Source: Lytechinus pictus (taxonomy: Eukaryota). From it: a stretch of DNA of 64,000 bases. The notes under the pieces were generated by a model. It was given only the letters and a program-made list of their open reading frames with translations. It did not search any database and had not been told where the DNA came from. Shown piece after piece: positions 41,601 to 52,177 of this stretch (position 1 is the stretch's first letter; every line of letters starts with the position of its first letter). The stretch lies in contig NC_087245.1 in NCBI RefSeq assembly GCF_037042905.1, positions 34,846,001-34,910,000 of the forward strand, in the 5' to 3' direction. Made by a program: the position numbers and the translations under genes.

Positions 41601-42696
41601 AAGGTGGGATTTAATGGGGGGAAAATATAAAATTCATGCAATAACACAATCTTTAAAAACAACAAAAACTAATATTCTTACTTTTCACAAAGGTTCACTT
41701 CTTCCATGTTTCTATCAGTCTCAAAATTGGTGATTTAGAGCCAGTAACATTTTCCTCACACATATTGATTGACTGCCAATTCCAAAACATCGCAAACACA
41801 AACTGCGCATGCGCAGAAATTGCAGCTCCATTCATGAGTAGGACTATACATTGAGATCGTTTCGCATTAGCATCAGGTCTCGATGTATTAATACATGTGA
41901 GGAAAATGCTACTGGCTCTAAATCACCAATTTTGAGACTGATAAATGATAAAAGCATGGAAAAGAAGCGAAACTTTGTGAAAAGTAAGAATATTAGTTTT
42001 TGTTTAATTAAAGATCGTGATGTTGCATGTATTTTATATTTCCCCCCATAAAATCCCACCTTTGTCACTCGGAGTATCAAAGCGAGTTCATCACCTCGAT
42101 GTTCGGATAGGTGTAGCAAAGTGTACGTGTAGTGGTAGTGAAGTGGAGCCTACATAAACATCACTTGAGGTAGGAGACAGCACGACATTCACTTCAAGTT
42201 CAACCTCATAACAAGTGGAACGCTTCTATCTGGCAGTTTCGCCCGCATTACATGTTTCAATATACCTGCAGTGCTGACTTTAAAAACAACGAGATCTACT
42301 GTAAGTTTTTTACACTGAAAACAAGAGAACGTACATAGATTTATATCCAGTTCAGTTGTTGTGTGCCCATGGTGCCCGGACAGGTTGTGTGTCCGGCGAT
42401 CGATCAATTTTAGAAAGTCATTTGAAAAAATTTACAAGCAAAGTTTCATCAATTCCTAGTAGTAGGCCTAGTACAAAATGTAGAAAATATTACAGAGAAC
42501 AAAACAGAAGATGATTACAACTATTTAATTCATTTTTTAGTGTAATCAAAAGACAAAAAAGAATGCTTCAAAAATAGTGTCCGGACACCCGACCCCCTGC
42601 CCAGCTCAGTACAATCCGTTACTCGTTCGTGCAAAGAGTGAAACTGAAAGACCAGTTGAAGAAAACCGCTCCCTTACTTAGCTTAGGCCTTACCAT
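29491..42696 (-). CDS. RRAGC: Ras-related GTP-binding protein C/D (Rag C/D, Gtr2 family; mTORC1 amino-acid sensing); complement(join(29491..29654,30880..31028,32083..32225,33908..34022,37194..37393,38861..38994,39836..39930,41257..41417,42694..42696)), 387 aa
   Basis: Exons (3+161+95+134+200+115+143+149+164 = 1164 nt) join in frame. G-motifs GLRRSGKS, WDFPGQ, HKVD and TSIY are present, plus the roadblock domain ([48 protein letters not shown]...GLIDYNF). Probably the co-ortholog of RRAGC and RRAGD. Confidence 0.95.
30163..30313 (-). mobile_element. 3' half of a tRNA-derived SINE, abutting an isolated Helentron-like terminal stem-loop (30317-30348)
   Basis: Reverse complement of the 3' part of 39373-39682; followed by gtctcgctctgttatgcaggcgagac. 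Confidence 0.7.
30880..31028 (-). CDS. RRAGC: RRAGC/D exon 8 ([49 protein letters not shown]); alternative exon start at 31031
   Basis: Tandem CAGCAG acceptor; donor G|GTAGGT. Confidence 0.93.
32083..32225 (-). CDS. RRAGC: RRAGC/D exon 7 ([47 protein letters not shown])
   Basis: Acceptor gaacAG; donor GG|GTAAGC; 143 nt. Confidence 0.95.
32514..33687 (+). mobile_element. Second Helentron-associated/Tsp-like element with ~6.5 copies of a 154-bp internal repeat
   Basis: Starts aacaag...gtctcgcctgcat; units anchored at 32673, 32827, 32981, 33142, 33296, 33467; ends gacgccgacgcc...gtctcgctccgctacgcaggcaaaac + A-run. Confidence 0.8.
33908..34022 (-). CDS. RRAGC: RRAGC/D exon 6 ([38 protein letters not shown])
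   Basis: Acceptor tcttAG; donor TCA|GTAAGT; 115 nt. Confidence 0.95.
36610..37075 (-). pseudogene. 3' fragment of an L2/CR1-clade LINE ORF2 (post-RT region), decayed
   Basis: [16 protein letters not shown]...LQNAAARIV...[24 protein letters not shown]...LWNSLP; in-frame stop. Confidence 0.85.
37194..37393 (-). CDS. RRAGC: RRAGC/D exon 5 ([49 protein letters not shown]...CIHL)
   Basis: Acceptor tcttAG; donor AG|GTATGT; 200 nt. Confidence 0.95.
38861..38994 (-). CDS. RRAGC: RRAGC/D exon 4 ([44 protein letters not shown])
   Basis: Acceptor gatAG; donor CAG|GTACGG; 134 nt. Confidence 0.95.
39373..39682 (+). mobile_element. tRNA-derived SINE (same core as 23572-23865)
   Basis: A box TGGTCTAGTGG, B box GGTTCGAATCC, shared core, (ATT)n tail. 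Confidence 0.85.
39836..39930 (-). CDS. RRAGC: RRAGC/D exon 3 ([31 protein letters not shown])
   Basis: Acceptor aacAG; donor G|GTAAGA; 95 nt. Confidence 0.95.
40009..40489. mobile_element. TTAA-flanked MITE, internally deleted copy
   Basis: TTAA|AGGTCAAGTCCACCCC ... GGGGTGGACTTGTCTT|TTAA. Confidence 0.8.
41257..41417 (-). CDS. RRAGC: RRAGC/D exon 2 ([11 protein letters not shown]...[10 protein letters not shown]...[10 protein letters not shown])
   Basis: Acceptor ttttccccatgcAG; donor AG|GTAAGA; SFP motif and start of the P-loop. Confidence 0.92.
41501..42173. mobile_element. Foldback element with ~270-bp inverted arms in RRAGC/D intron 1
   Basis: ctacctcaagtgatgtt...tgatactccgagtgacaaaggtgggattt / aaatcccacctttgtcactcggagtatca...aacatcacttgaggtag; flanks GAGACAA / GAGACAG. 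Confidence 0.82.
42694..42696 (-). CDS. RRAGC: RRAGC/D exon 1 coding part: ATG only (aaaATG|GTAAGG)
   Basis: A-rich start context directly followed by a consensus donor; phase 0 matches the exon 2 acceptor; the 5' UTR extends to higher coordinates. Confidence 0.7.
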
Positions 42697-43659
42697 TTTT
42701 AGAAACGATGCCTTAGCTTAGAAATTTAACTTTGAATCAGATAGGGACAATTCAACTCGACTCTCCTTGATCCTTCTTTTCGAATGTCCCGATTGCAATT
42801 TGTCACACCTGCACCAATTAAGCCCAAGTAGTACCGAAGTAAGTCAATCAAGCTCTGTCTGTCACTGCGCAAGGCCAGGGTACAGTACTAGTACAGCACA
42901 GTATACTGGTTCTGGAGACTGCTAGCGCATAGCTAGCTAGCAGAAGCATTTACCGAGTACAAGTCGGTATACAACTAGTCATGTGATAAAGGACGTGACC
43001 AGACCTAGCCTATAATCTAGGCAGAGGTTGCAGTTAATTGTCTTTGCTGTTATCCTGCACCTGCGAAGCAACCACAAATTCGTAGTCTTTGCCACATCAT
43101 ACATATCGCTTGCGTTCAGCATAAACGCTTGAAAAAAATATTCAAAAAATAAATAAAAAAACAAATAACAGCAAAGACAATAACTGCAACCCAGCCTACA
43201 TTATAGGCTAGACCACTGGCGTACCTAGGATTTTCCAGAAGGGGGGCACATTTTTTGTAGGATATTTCGTCCGCCAAAAAGGTCTTCAACCACAAATAAA
43301 GGATTTCTTAGCACAAAAAAAAAATTACAAGCAAAAAAAAAAAGGTCTTCACGTTCTCGTCAGGGGGGGGGGGGGGGGGCAGGGATACGTCCCCTGCATG
43401 AGTTGTGACTCGTTAGGTGGGCTAGACCAGGCCCCCTAGAAATGGTTGATGGGGATGCTCCGGGCTGAAAATATTTATATCTAAATAAATAGAGTGAAAT
43501 TCACAGAGCAAAATGCTGAAAATTTCATCAAAATCGGATAACAAATAACGAAGTTATTGAATTTTAAAGATTATCAATATTTCGTGAAAACAGTTATATG
43601 CACATCGTCATGAATATTTATTAGGTGGGCTGATGATGTCACATCCCCACCCAAAATTT

Positions 43660-44000
43660 AACATACTTTTATGACCACGAGCAGGATAGGAATCTATCTA
43701 AACAATTGATATGAGCGCGAAGCGCGAGCTGAAATTTTTTGGTATTCTGACCTAAAATGTTGACATTTTAAGCACGTTTGGTAATCATGAACAGAATGGC
43801 TATCTAACTAAACATTGCGAGCGCGAAGCGCGAGCTTAATATTTGATATATATTCCGACCCAAACCTTAAGATTCTAAAGCACTTTTTGTGACCATGAAC
43901 GCGTTGGGTATCTATCTAAACACTTGATGCGAGCGCGAAGCGCGAGCCAAAAAAATGACATTCCGACCCAAAATCTCGGATTCTAAGCCATTTTTTAAAC
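43660..44000 (+). repeat. Degenerate ~110-bp tandem repeat, each unit carrying GAGCGCGAAGCGCGAGC
   Basis: Motif at 43713, 43819 and 43931 with shared flanks (tatctaaaca..., ttccgacc); decayed inverse versions at ~46250-47215. Confidence 0.7.
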
Positions 44001-45668
44001 GATGAACAGGATGGTCATTTTTAAAGGATGTGTATTCTCTCAAATCAAAATACATATTCACATTCCATAAACAAGTTTTACAAATTATTTGAAACACGAT
44101 TATAAATTATACAATAAATCCATTTCCCATATGATTATACAAATTATACATCAAACTTCAAAGATACTGGGAATTAATACTGATGCGTTTCAACAATTAC
44201 AAAATGAAATATGAACAAGATGTATTAAATGACAAGAGAGAAAAATGAAGGGTGATTATCTAAACAATCGATGCGATCGAGGAGCGAGATGACAATAAGT
44301 GATATACTGACTTGAAACGGGAACACTTGAATTACTGCATTATTGTGTTATGAAGGGTAATGAATAAATCCCGTTCGCTCTGGGAAGCATTGATGTTGAG
44401 TTACCGCCAAGATATTAAAATTTGGTTCTAATTATAATGGAGATATTTGACCTATATCTCCTACATTTTGGTGCAAAAAAAGGCTTTTTTTTGGTTGTCA
44501 AGTTTTTCTGAACAAACTCGCATTGGGAGTGAGTTTAGAATTTGTGTATTTTCCATAATAAAAACTGCCACTTTTTACTATTCTATATCAGTTTTGATAT
44601 TTCTTTTTTTCAGTTTACTTATTATCTTTTTCCTTTCCCTTTCTTCGTTTCTTTCTTTCATTTTTCATTTTTCTTTCTTTCTTCATTCCTTTCTTCCTGT
44701 CTTTTTTCTTTCTCTCTTTCTTTTTAGGGGGGGGGCACTGTTCCCACCCCACTCGTTTTAGGTATAAAAAACACAGTTTTTTAAGAAAAATTGTGGTTTT
44801 GAAAGACTGGTCAATGGTCAATCGCGGGGTCAAACGTATTTAGGGTATAATTTTCCCCAAAAGCTTTTTTTTAAGACTAGCCAGAACGTGTATAGGGTAT
44901 GATTTTTTTCCCCAAGCTTTTTCCCGGGGTCATAATAATTTGGCGACAACTAGTTTAAGAGTCAAATTGTGTAAATAAAGCCCGCGGAAAACTTGTTTAG
45001 GGGGGTATTTTACACAGAGAATTTTTTTTTTCTTTTACATCCGATTTTGATGAGATTTTCAGTGTTAGCTTGTTTGATTTTTCTCTTTTTATTCAAATCA
45101 ACTTTTTGTTGGGGTGGACTTGTCCTTTAACGGGGCCAGAGCAGGAATCCACAAACTCTATGATGTATCAAATCATGAGTGAGATTTTGGCAGAATAAAA
45201 AGAGATCGCTGAATATGAATAGAGAACAAGAACAATTATTGTCGCCACTTAATTGGCGTCAATGCAAAGATTGCGGAATGTTGCCAACTCTACCACTTTT
45301 CACTCATTTTCACCGCCTACCGCCTTTTTACTCTCCTTACAATAAAATCTACCCCTTTTTCAAAAAATCTAATGGCCGAAGTATAATTCCACTAGGTTTT
45401 AAAAAAATATTCAATTCAACTGATCATGATAATGCTCCCAAACTCTTTTACTTTGTATCGTGATTTTCTACTCTGTGAATTTCGTTATTGATAAGTGATT
45501 AGAAAATAATTTGTTTAAACGGCTAAAGCAACTGTTTAAAAGGTTTTCACTTGTTCCCACAATTTCACCACCCTTGATTTTGATAGATATTAGTGGACAC
45601 TAGCGTACCTGACGAGTCACAACCCATGCAAAAACGTATCTTTGCCCCCCCCCTGACGAGCTTGAAGA

Positions 45669-45703
<35 letters not shown>

Positions 45704-47759
45704 TGTCAATTTTTTTCTGGAACGAAATCCCCCCCTGTGGAAAATCCTAGGTACGCCACTGTTAGTGGACCATTCAGAAACGTTTTCTCGCTTGCTCTAT
45801 TCGCTCGCATAATGCTGCAAACATCACATCAAATTAAGGCTTAACGTAGCCATCGAAAATATGAAGTATCCATCACGTATTAATTAAATTGGGGCAGCCC
45901 TCGAAATTTTGAATTTTCAGGTTTATTGCTATCATCCAACCCACTCTCACTACTCGGGTCGGTTTGCATGAGACTTTTTTTTATTGGTTTAAGTTGGCAG
46001 AATATTGATTCAATGGCAAAGCATTACGAAGAACTTATTTCCGAGGCCTACATGGAGAGACTTCCAGACCTTCAAAGTGTCCCAAATTAAAAGAAAACTG
46101 CATTTTGGCGGCGCAAAAAAGAAAGAAGTGGAAAAAAGAAGAAAATGAAATGATGAGAAGTGAGAGGACAAAAAAAGGAGGAGGAAAAATAAGAGGAGGA
46201 AGATCAAGATTAGTCACGGGAAGAAATAAATCTTTATGTCACTATAAAACATTCGCTCGCGCTTCGTGCTCGCTTTGGCTGTTCGATGAAATACATATCT
46301 TGCTTATGATATAGGCTGAAATGGAGCTCAAATTCCAGTTTTTGAAGCCAATAAACAAAACATATTTAAGCAGCTCGGACATCGAGCTTTCATTATTTCG
46401 TTTAATTTACGAATTGAGGTGCTTTGTAGAATGTCTTGTGTATGGTCTGAATATTAATCATTTTCAGCTCGCACTGCGCGCTTGCACCAATAATATTGAT
46501 TTGTGAAGTACCTATTATCATCTTGTATTCCATAACGTTTTCAAAATATCCCTTTTCAGGTCTGATTGTCAAAACTTAATTATCAACCAGCGCTGCGCTC
46601 TTGCATTTGGATATTTCAGTACGTGAATTCAAATATCCTGGATAATTCACTTTTGCATGACAGACTATCAAATATTTCAGCTCGCGCTTTTCACACGCTG
46701 TTTTAATTGTTAAAAATACATTATTCCATGCATCCTATATAGTTAAAAACGTGCTTTAAAATGTCTAGTTTTCAGGCCTTAATATCAACGAATATCGCGA
46801 ATTATATTAGATACTAGGCAAGCTACATTATTAAATGAGATAATATCCTTTAAGTTCATGAATTCCTTATCCTTAAATTTTCCCTTTTCAGATCAGAATA
46901 CTATAATCTTTTCTACTCGGGCTTCGCGAGCATACCTAATTTCCTGTTCATAATTACAATTCGTGCTTAAAAAAATTGTTTTGCAAAAATGATTGTACAA
47001 TAATTGAGTGTTCGCGCTTTGCGCTCGCATAACTGCAAACAGTCCTCAACAGATCCCTTTTTGGATCAGGCCAGTATATCAACAATATCAGCTCACAGTC
47101 ACACTTCGCGCTCAGCAATTATTTAGTTACATGTACATCTTTTTCATGATCACATTTAATTCTTTGGTCAAACACCTAAAATATCCCAAATTTTTAGCTC
47201 GTGCTTCGCGCTCGGTTATTATTGGGGCTTATGAGATACAATTATTTTGTATTCAAAAGGATTAAGCGAAGAAGTAACTGTTGCAGTTCTATATATCCCT
47301 TCAAAAATTGGGATGGGGTTATTGGGTTAGATTATCATCATGGTTATGCTTTCATATTAAATTCAGAATTGAAAGGCGCAAAATTTATAAATTTGATTTC
47401 AATATCTGCAAATGTCTTTAGCCCTGGTCCGGGGTCTTGCCCCCCATCTCAGACCCCCCCCCCTCCGGCTCGGTCGCTCCACTTTCTCACCGAGTCTACC
47501 ACCTTTTTATTTTGCACTCGGCAAGTATGGGAATAGAAAACAAGAACAAGGCATTGTCGCCATTTGGCGTCAATGCAAAGATAGTGAAACGGTCAAAAAA
47601 TGTCTCTATATATTATAGTAATACAGTCATAAGCATCCAACTCAAGCTCCAAAACAGCATTTTTCACTCTTCAAATTTTGAGAATTTTCTCATCCAGTCC
47701 ACTGAACTAGAAATACGTATTTCTAGTTCAGTGATCCAGTCCCAATAAAAATACAGTAG

Positions 47760-48240
47760 TTTTTTGCCGTCGTGTGTTGCTGCCCTCTACGTTCGGTGGT
47801 TAGCGCAAGTAAGTGGGCCGCGCCATGGAATTAGGATCCTGAGCAAGAGCCGGATTATTGACATTGTTTGTGATTGTTGTTTTGATTTTTTTTAAATGTA
47901 TCCTGATCTGAGAACAAGTGACCACTGATACTGCACTGCTGAGTGAGAATGAGATGAGCTGAGCCGGCCCTTGAAGTCCAAAGTAAGGCTCCACGTAACT
48001 TTACAGACTCTCGTCAGACACAGCTGAGCCTGAGGCTGAGGCGAGCTGGTCCAGGCGCAGCGGAGTGGGCCTGCGACTGGGCAGTACCGGTATACTGTAT
48101 TGGTTGTTGCCTAGCCTATCCACAAACGGTACCGTACTTACTGAGCTGATACTGGCTTACTGCGTCAGCCTGAACAGAAGTGGCGACGTCCCCGGCCCGG
48201 GCTAATAATAGCCTAATTAATACTCAGACTTTGCCTTGGT
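47760..48240 (+). promoter_or_regulatory. CpG/GC-enriched patch with a candidate non-coding first exon (donor GTAAGT 47809-47814) of a divergent gene
   Basis: Composition resembles the 5' ends of HACD (12.3-12.7 kb) and RRAGC/D (42.6-43.0 kb); CAA|GTAAGT donor; no coding evidence. Confidence 0.4.
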
Positions 48241-49883
48241 CTGCGTCTGTTGGTTACATTGGTATGTATATTGTTACAAGTTTTTAAAATGAGTGTTTGA
48301 TTTTGTTAAACAGCAGCTTTAACAGTTAGTAGGGGAAAAAATATTTTTTTCGGGGGCTCTTTTCGCCGTTTCAGGGGCTACTTTTCCATTTCGGGGGCTC
48401 TTTTCAAATGCTACTTTTTTAGTAGTTTGAGGAATACCTGTTCACTTATTAATGAATTATTACTTATTGTTTAATATTTTTTGTATGATTTTTAAAGTTA
48501 TTTTTATTTGCTTAGAATCTTGGGCCAAATTCGCTATTGTGCCCAAGCGCCATTAAAACTGCTCAGCCCAGTGAAAATTCTTATCGCTAGACGTGCGTAA
48601 GAGCATGTGCGACCGGTGTCACACATGACCGCACAATAACAAAGCTCAGTCAGCGGGATATCGGCGTTCAGTGAAGTGGCGTGTTAATGGGTATTTCAGC
48701 TGTGCGAGAGAGGGGCGGGGATTAGGGATTGGGGGGGGGGGGGTGAAGGGGCACTGAAATATATGAAATCGGCGGGTTTTCAATAAAATACTATGTGCAT
48801 CGTATTTTCGTTTTCTTTTTGTGTTTTCTGTATGATACATGGTGGGTAGATTTATTCCTCATTCATTCATTCCATCCAATTTATTCATCATACTGTGCAT
48901 TTCATTTCATTTCATATTATATTACATAACACTGTTTTACTAACCTTATTTTTTCTGTCCTTGATGGGGATCGAACTCGAACCTTTTGATCTGCAGTCCA
49001 GCATCGTAGTCAGCATGCCACATGAGATGAGCTAACAGCCGAAACTGGTTTAGCGCTCAAGTCGTACGGAGGTTTCCCCGGCGGCAGTTATAGCAGGCCA
49101 GGGAATCAACGATCAGTGATTTAATTCATTAGAAAATATATATATTTAAGGATCCAGGGGCTATAGATAATGGTACCAATAATTCCAAACAGGATTTTGT
49201 TATTTTTTTCACTTCGTTTATATTATAGCTATGTATTTTAACACGATGTGCGTTTACTATTGAGTATATTGAGTCACCTGAAATAACACCCGGAACATTT
49301 CTCTGTTTAGGCAACAGGGGGCCTAAACATGGAACAAAAAACTCACGCAACTAGTTTGCACTTGATGTTCGTAGTGGGCGTGTAGGCCTAAAACTTTATT
49401 TTAACATATATATAGCTTCCTTTTTTTCATTCTAAACTCCCAAGTTATCCCCTCTACAGCAAACCTCATGTCGCTATCGGTCCGCCAATATACGATCTTC
49501 TCGGATATTTTCAAATAAATGTGGCATTTTGGTAGGCACGGCAAAATTGAAAAAAAAAGTATGCACAAGAAATTGTAAATAATTTCATATACTCACTTTT
49601 GCGTTATCCTTCTTGGTTATATATAAATGCCCCGTTATATTGAATTTTAACCTCCTTCACTCCTTCCGCCAAAATATTCCAAGTCAACAAATTTCCTCAT
49701 TTTTTTTTTCGCCCGGCAAGCTCATCAATCATCTCTCTCAAACCTTTCTTTCTTCACTCTAATCCTCTCAAACAATCCTCACTCTAATCCTCTGCGAAAA
49801 GTTGCGCCCTCCATGTCAATCGTGCCCCACTGACATCAAGATGTGTCTTGCCGCATCTCGCACATAATGCATAAACTTTTATG

Positions 49884-52130
49884 CATGATTTTATTTATTC
49901 ATGAACTTTCACTTTATGCTGTATTTTTATGTTGTTTCTCAATTTTCCTCCTTCGCGTTATTGCTTTATTCCGTAATTGTTAAACTCTATATAGGGCATT
50001 TTATTATGTCTAACATTTTTGCGTATCTTTTCTACTCTTCCATCGTCACCCTATCATAAATGGATTTTGTCAATGTTAGTTTATTTTTATTTTCCTCAAG
50101 AAAGAGCAAGACGAACTTTTAATGGTACAGATGTATATTCCAAAGGTGATTAGCTACAAATACGGAATAAAGGAAAAACATATGTTAAAACGCAATTTGA
50201 ATTTTTTGATGGGCAAATTGATTAAGGTGCTAGTATAGTGACAAACTTCACTAAATACGGGATAAAGCTTATAGAGAAAACTTGGTGAGCATAGGGACGA
50301 ATCAACCGAGATTCTAATAATTACTATTGACCGGAGGGCGGGAAAAGTGGTGTTCTGGGTTTGAAATGTCTGGCTGGGCGGGGGGTAGAGCGAAGGAAAA
50401 GTATATAAGGCAACAAAAATGGGAGGCATATTCGGGTGTTAGTATAAAATCTTCAACAAAATACGTAAAAACCGATATAGTAAAGTTGAAACGCAATAAT
50501 ATATATATTTTTTTTTGGGGGGGGGGGCATAATTATTTAGGTGCTAATAAAGAGTGACAATTAAGCTTCACCAAAATACGGAATAAAGTAATAAAGAAAA
50601 GTTTGTGGGCATAAAGTACTAAGTGATGATCGAGCCAAGATTCTTAATTCTCTATTGCTTTAGTCCGTATCAATTTGATGCAGTATACAGTGACTGCATA
50701 AAAAAATATACAGAATAAAGCAATACAGAAATGTTGGCATATTAAGGTGCTGGTATAAAGTGACAAACTTATCAAAATACGGAATAAAGTGATATAGAAA
50801 ATTTTGAACACAATTTAATATTCTGTGGGTATATTAAAGTGCTAGTATAGAGTGACAAACTTCTTAAATATACGGAATAAAGCAATATAGAAAAGTTGGT
50901 GGGCATATTAAGTTGCTAGTATACAGGCCCAAATTTCTTGAAATATGGAATAAAGCAAGAGAGAAATGTTTTCATTTCATTGATTCCTCAAAAATTGAAT
51001 ATGTTATTTTTATACAATTGTTTTACTAGTGATGATTCTGATTTTAATGTTATTGATATCGAATGCATTCACTATTTGTATAGAACCAAAGTTACACTTT
51101 TATCTTTTTGTATATATTGTTATTTCATTTTAACAGGACCATGTTTAAAAACAGTGAATCTGAGCTTGTTATCCTGTATAAAGATATGTAAATAAATAAA
51201 TAAATTTGTTATGTTTGTTTATAGTCTTCATTCTTTATGGTGTATATTGCTTTATTACGTGTCTCTGTGTTTTTTTTTCTTCTTTTTTTCATCTGTTCAT
51301 GATTTTATTTATTCATGAACTTTCACTTTATGCTGTATTTTTATGTTGTTTCTTAATTTTCCTCCTTCGCAATATTGCTTTATTCCGTAATTGTTAAACT
51401 CTATATAGGGCATCTTATTATTTCCAACATTTTTGCGTATCTTTTTTACTCTTCCATCGTCACTCTATCATAAATGGATTTTGTCAATGTTAGCTTATTT
51501 TTATTTTCCTCAAGAAAGAGCAAGACGAACTTTTAATGGTACAGATGTATATTCCAAAGGTGATTAGCTACAAACGTGACAAATACGGAATAAAGGAAAA
51601 ACATATGTTAAAACGCAATTTGAATTTTTTGATGGGCAAATTGATTAAGGTGCTAGTATAGTGACAAACTTCACTAAATACGGGATAAAGCTTATAGAGA
51701 AAACTTGGTGAGCATAGGGACGAATCAACCGAGATTCTAATAATTACTATTGACCGGAGGGCGGGAAAAGTGGTGTTCTGGGTTTGAAATGTCTGGCTGG
51801 GCGGGGGGTAGAGCGAAGGAAAAGTATATAAGGCAACAAAAATGGGAGGCATATTCGGGTGTTAGTATAAAATCTCCAACAAAATACGTAAAAACCGATA
51901 TAGTAAAGTTGAAACGCAATAATAGATTTTTTTTTTTTTGGGGGGGGGGCATAATTATTTAGGTGCTAATAAAGAGTGACAATTAAGCTTCACCAAAATA
52001 CGGAATAAAGTAATAAAGAAAAGTTTGTGGGCATAAAGTACTAAGTGATGATCGAGCCAAGATTCTTAATTCTCTATTGCTTTAGTCCGTATTAATTTGA
52101 TGCAGTATAGAGTGACTGCATACAAAATAT
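49884..52130. repeat. Tandem ~1.42-kb-period duplication (copies start at 49884 and 51298) containing degenerate satellite monomers
   Basis: catgattttatttattcatgaactttcac... is repeated; the ORF track gives the same peptides at 50154/51568 and 50327/51750. Confidence 0.9.
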
Positions 52131-52177
52131 ACAGAATAAAGCGATATAGAAAATTGTGAACACAATTTAATATTCTG

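Noticed and set aside
48963..49022. tRNA-Cys(GCA) gene on the minus strand
   Set aside because: Has an anticodon-like GGACTGCAGATC and a B-box-like GTTCGATCCCC, but no proper D arm or acceptor stem; treated as a tRNA-derived relic
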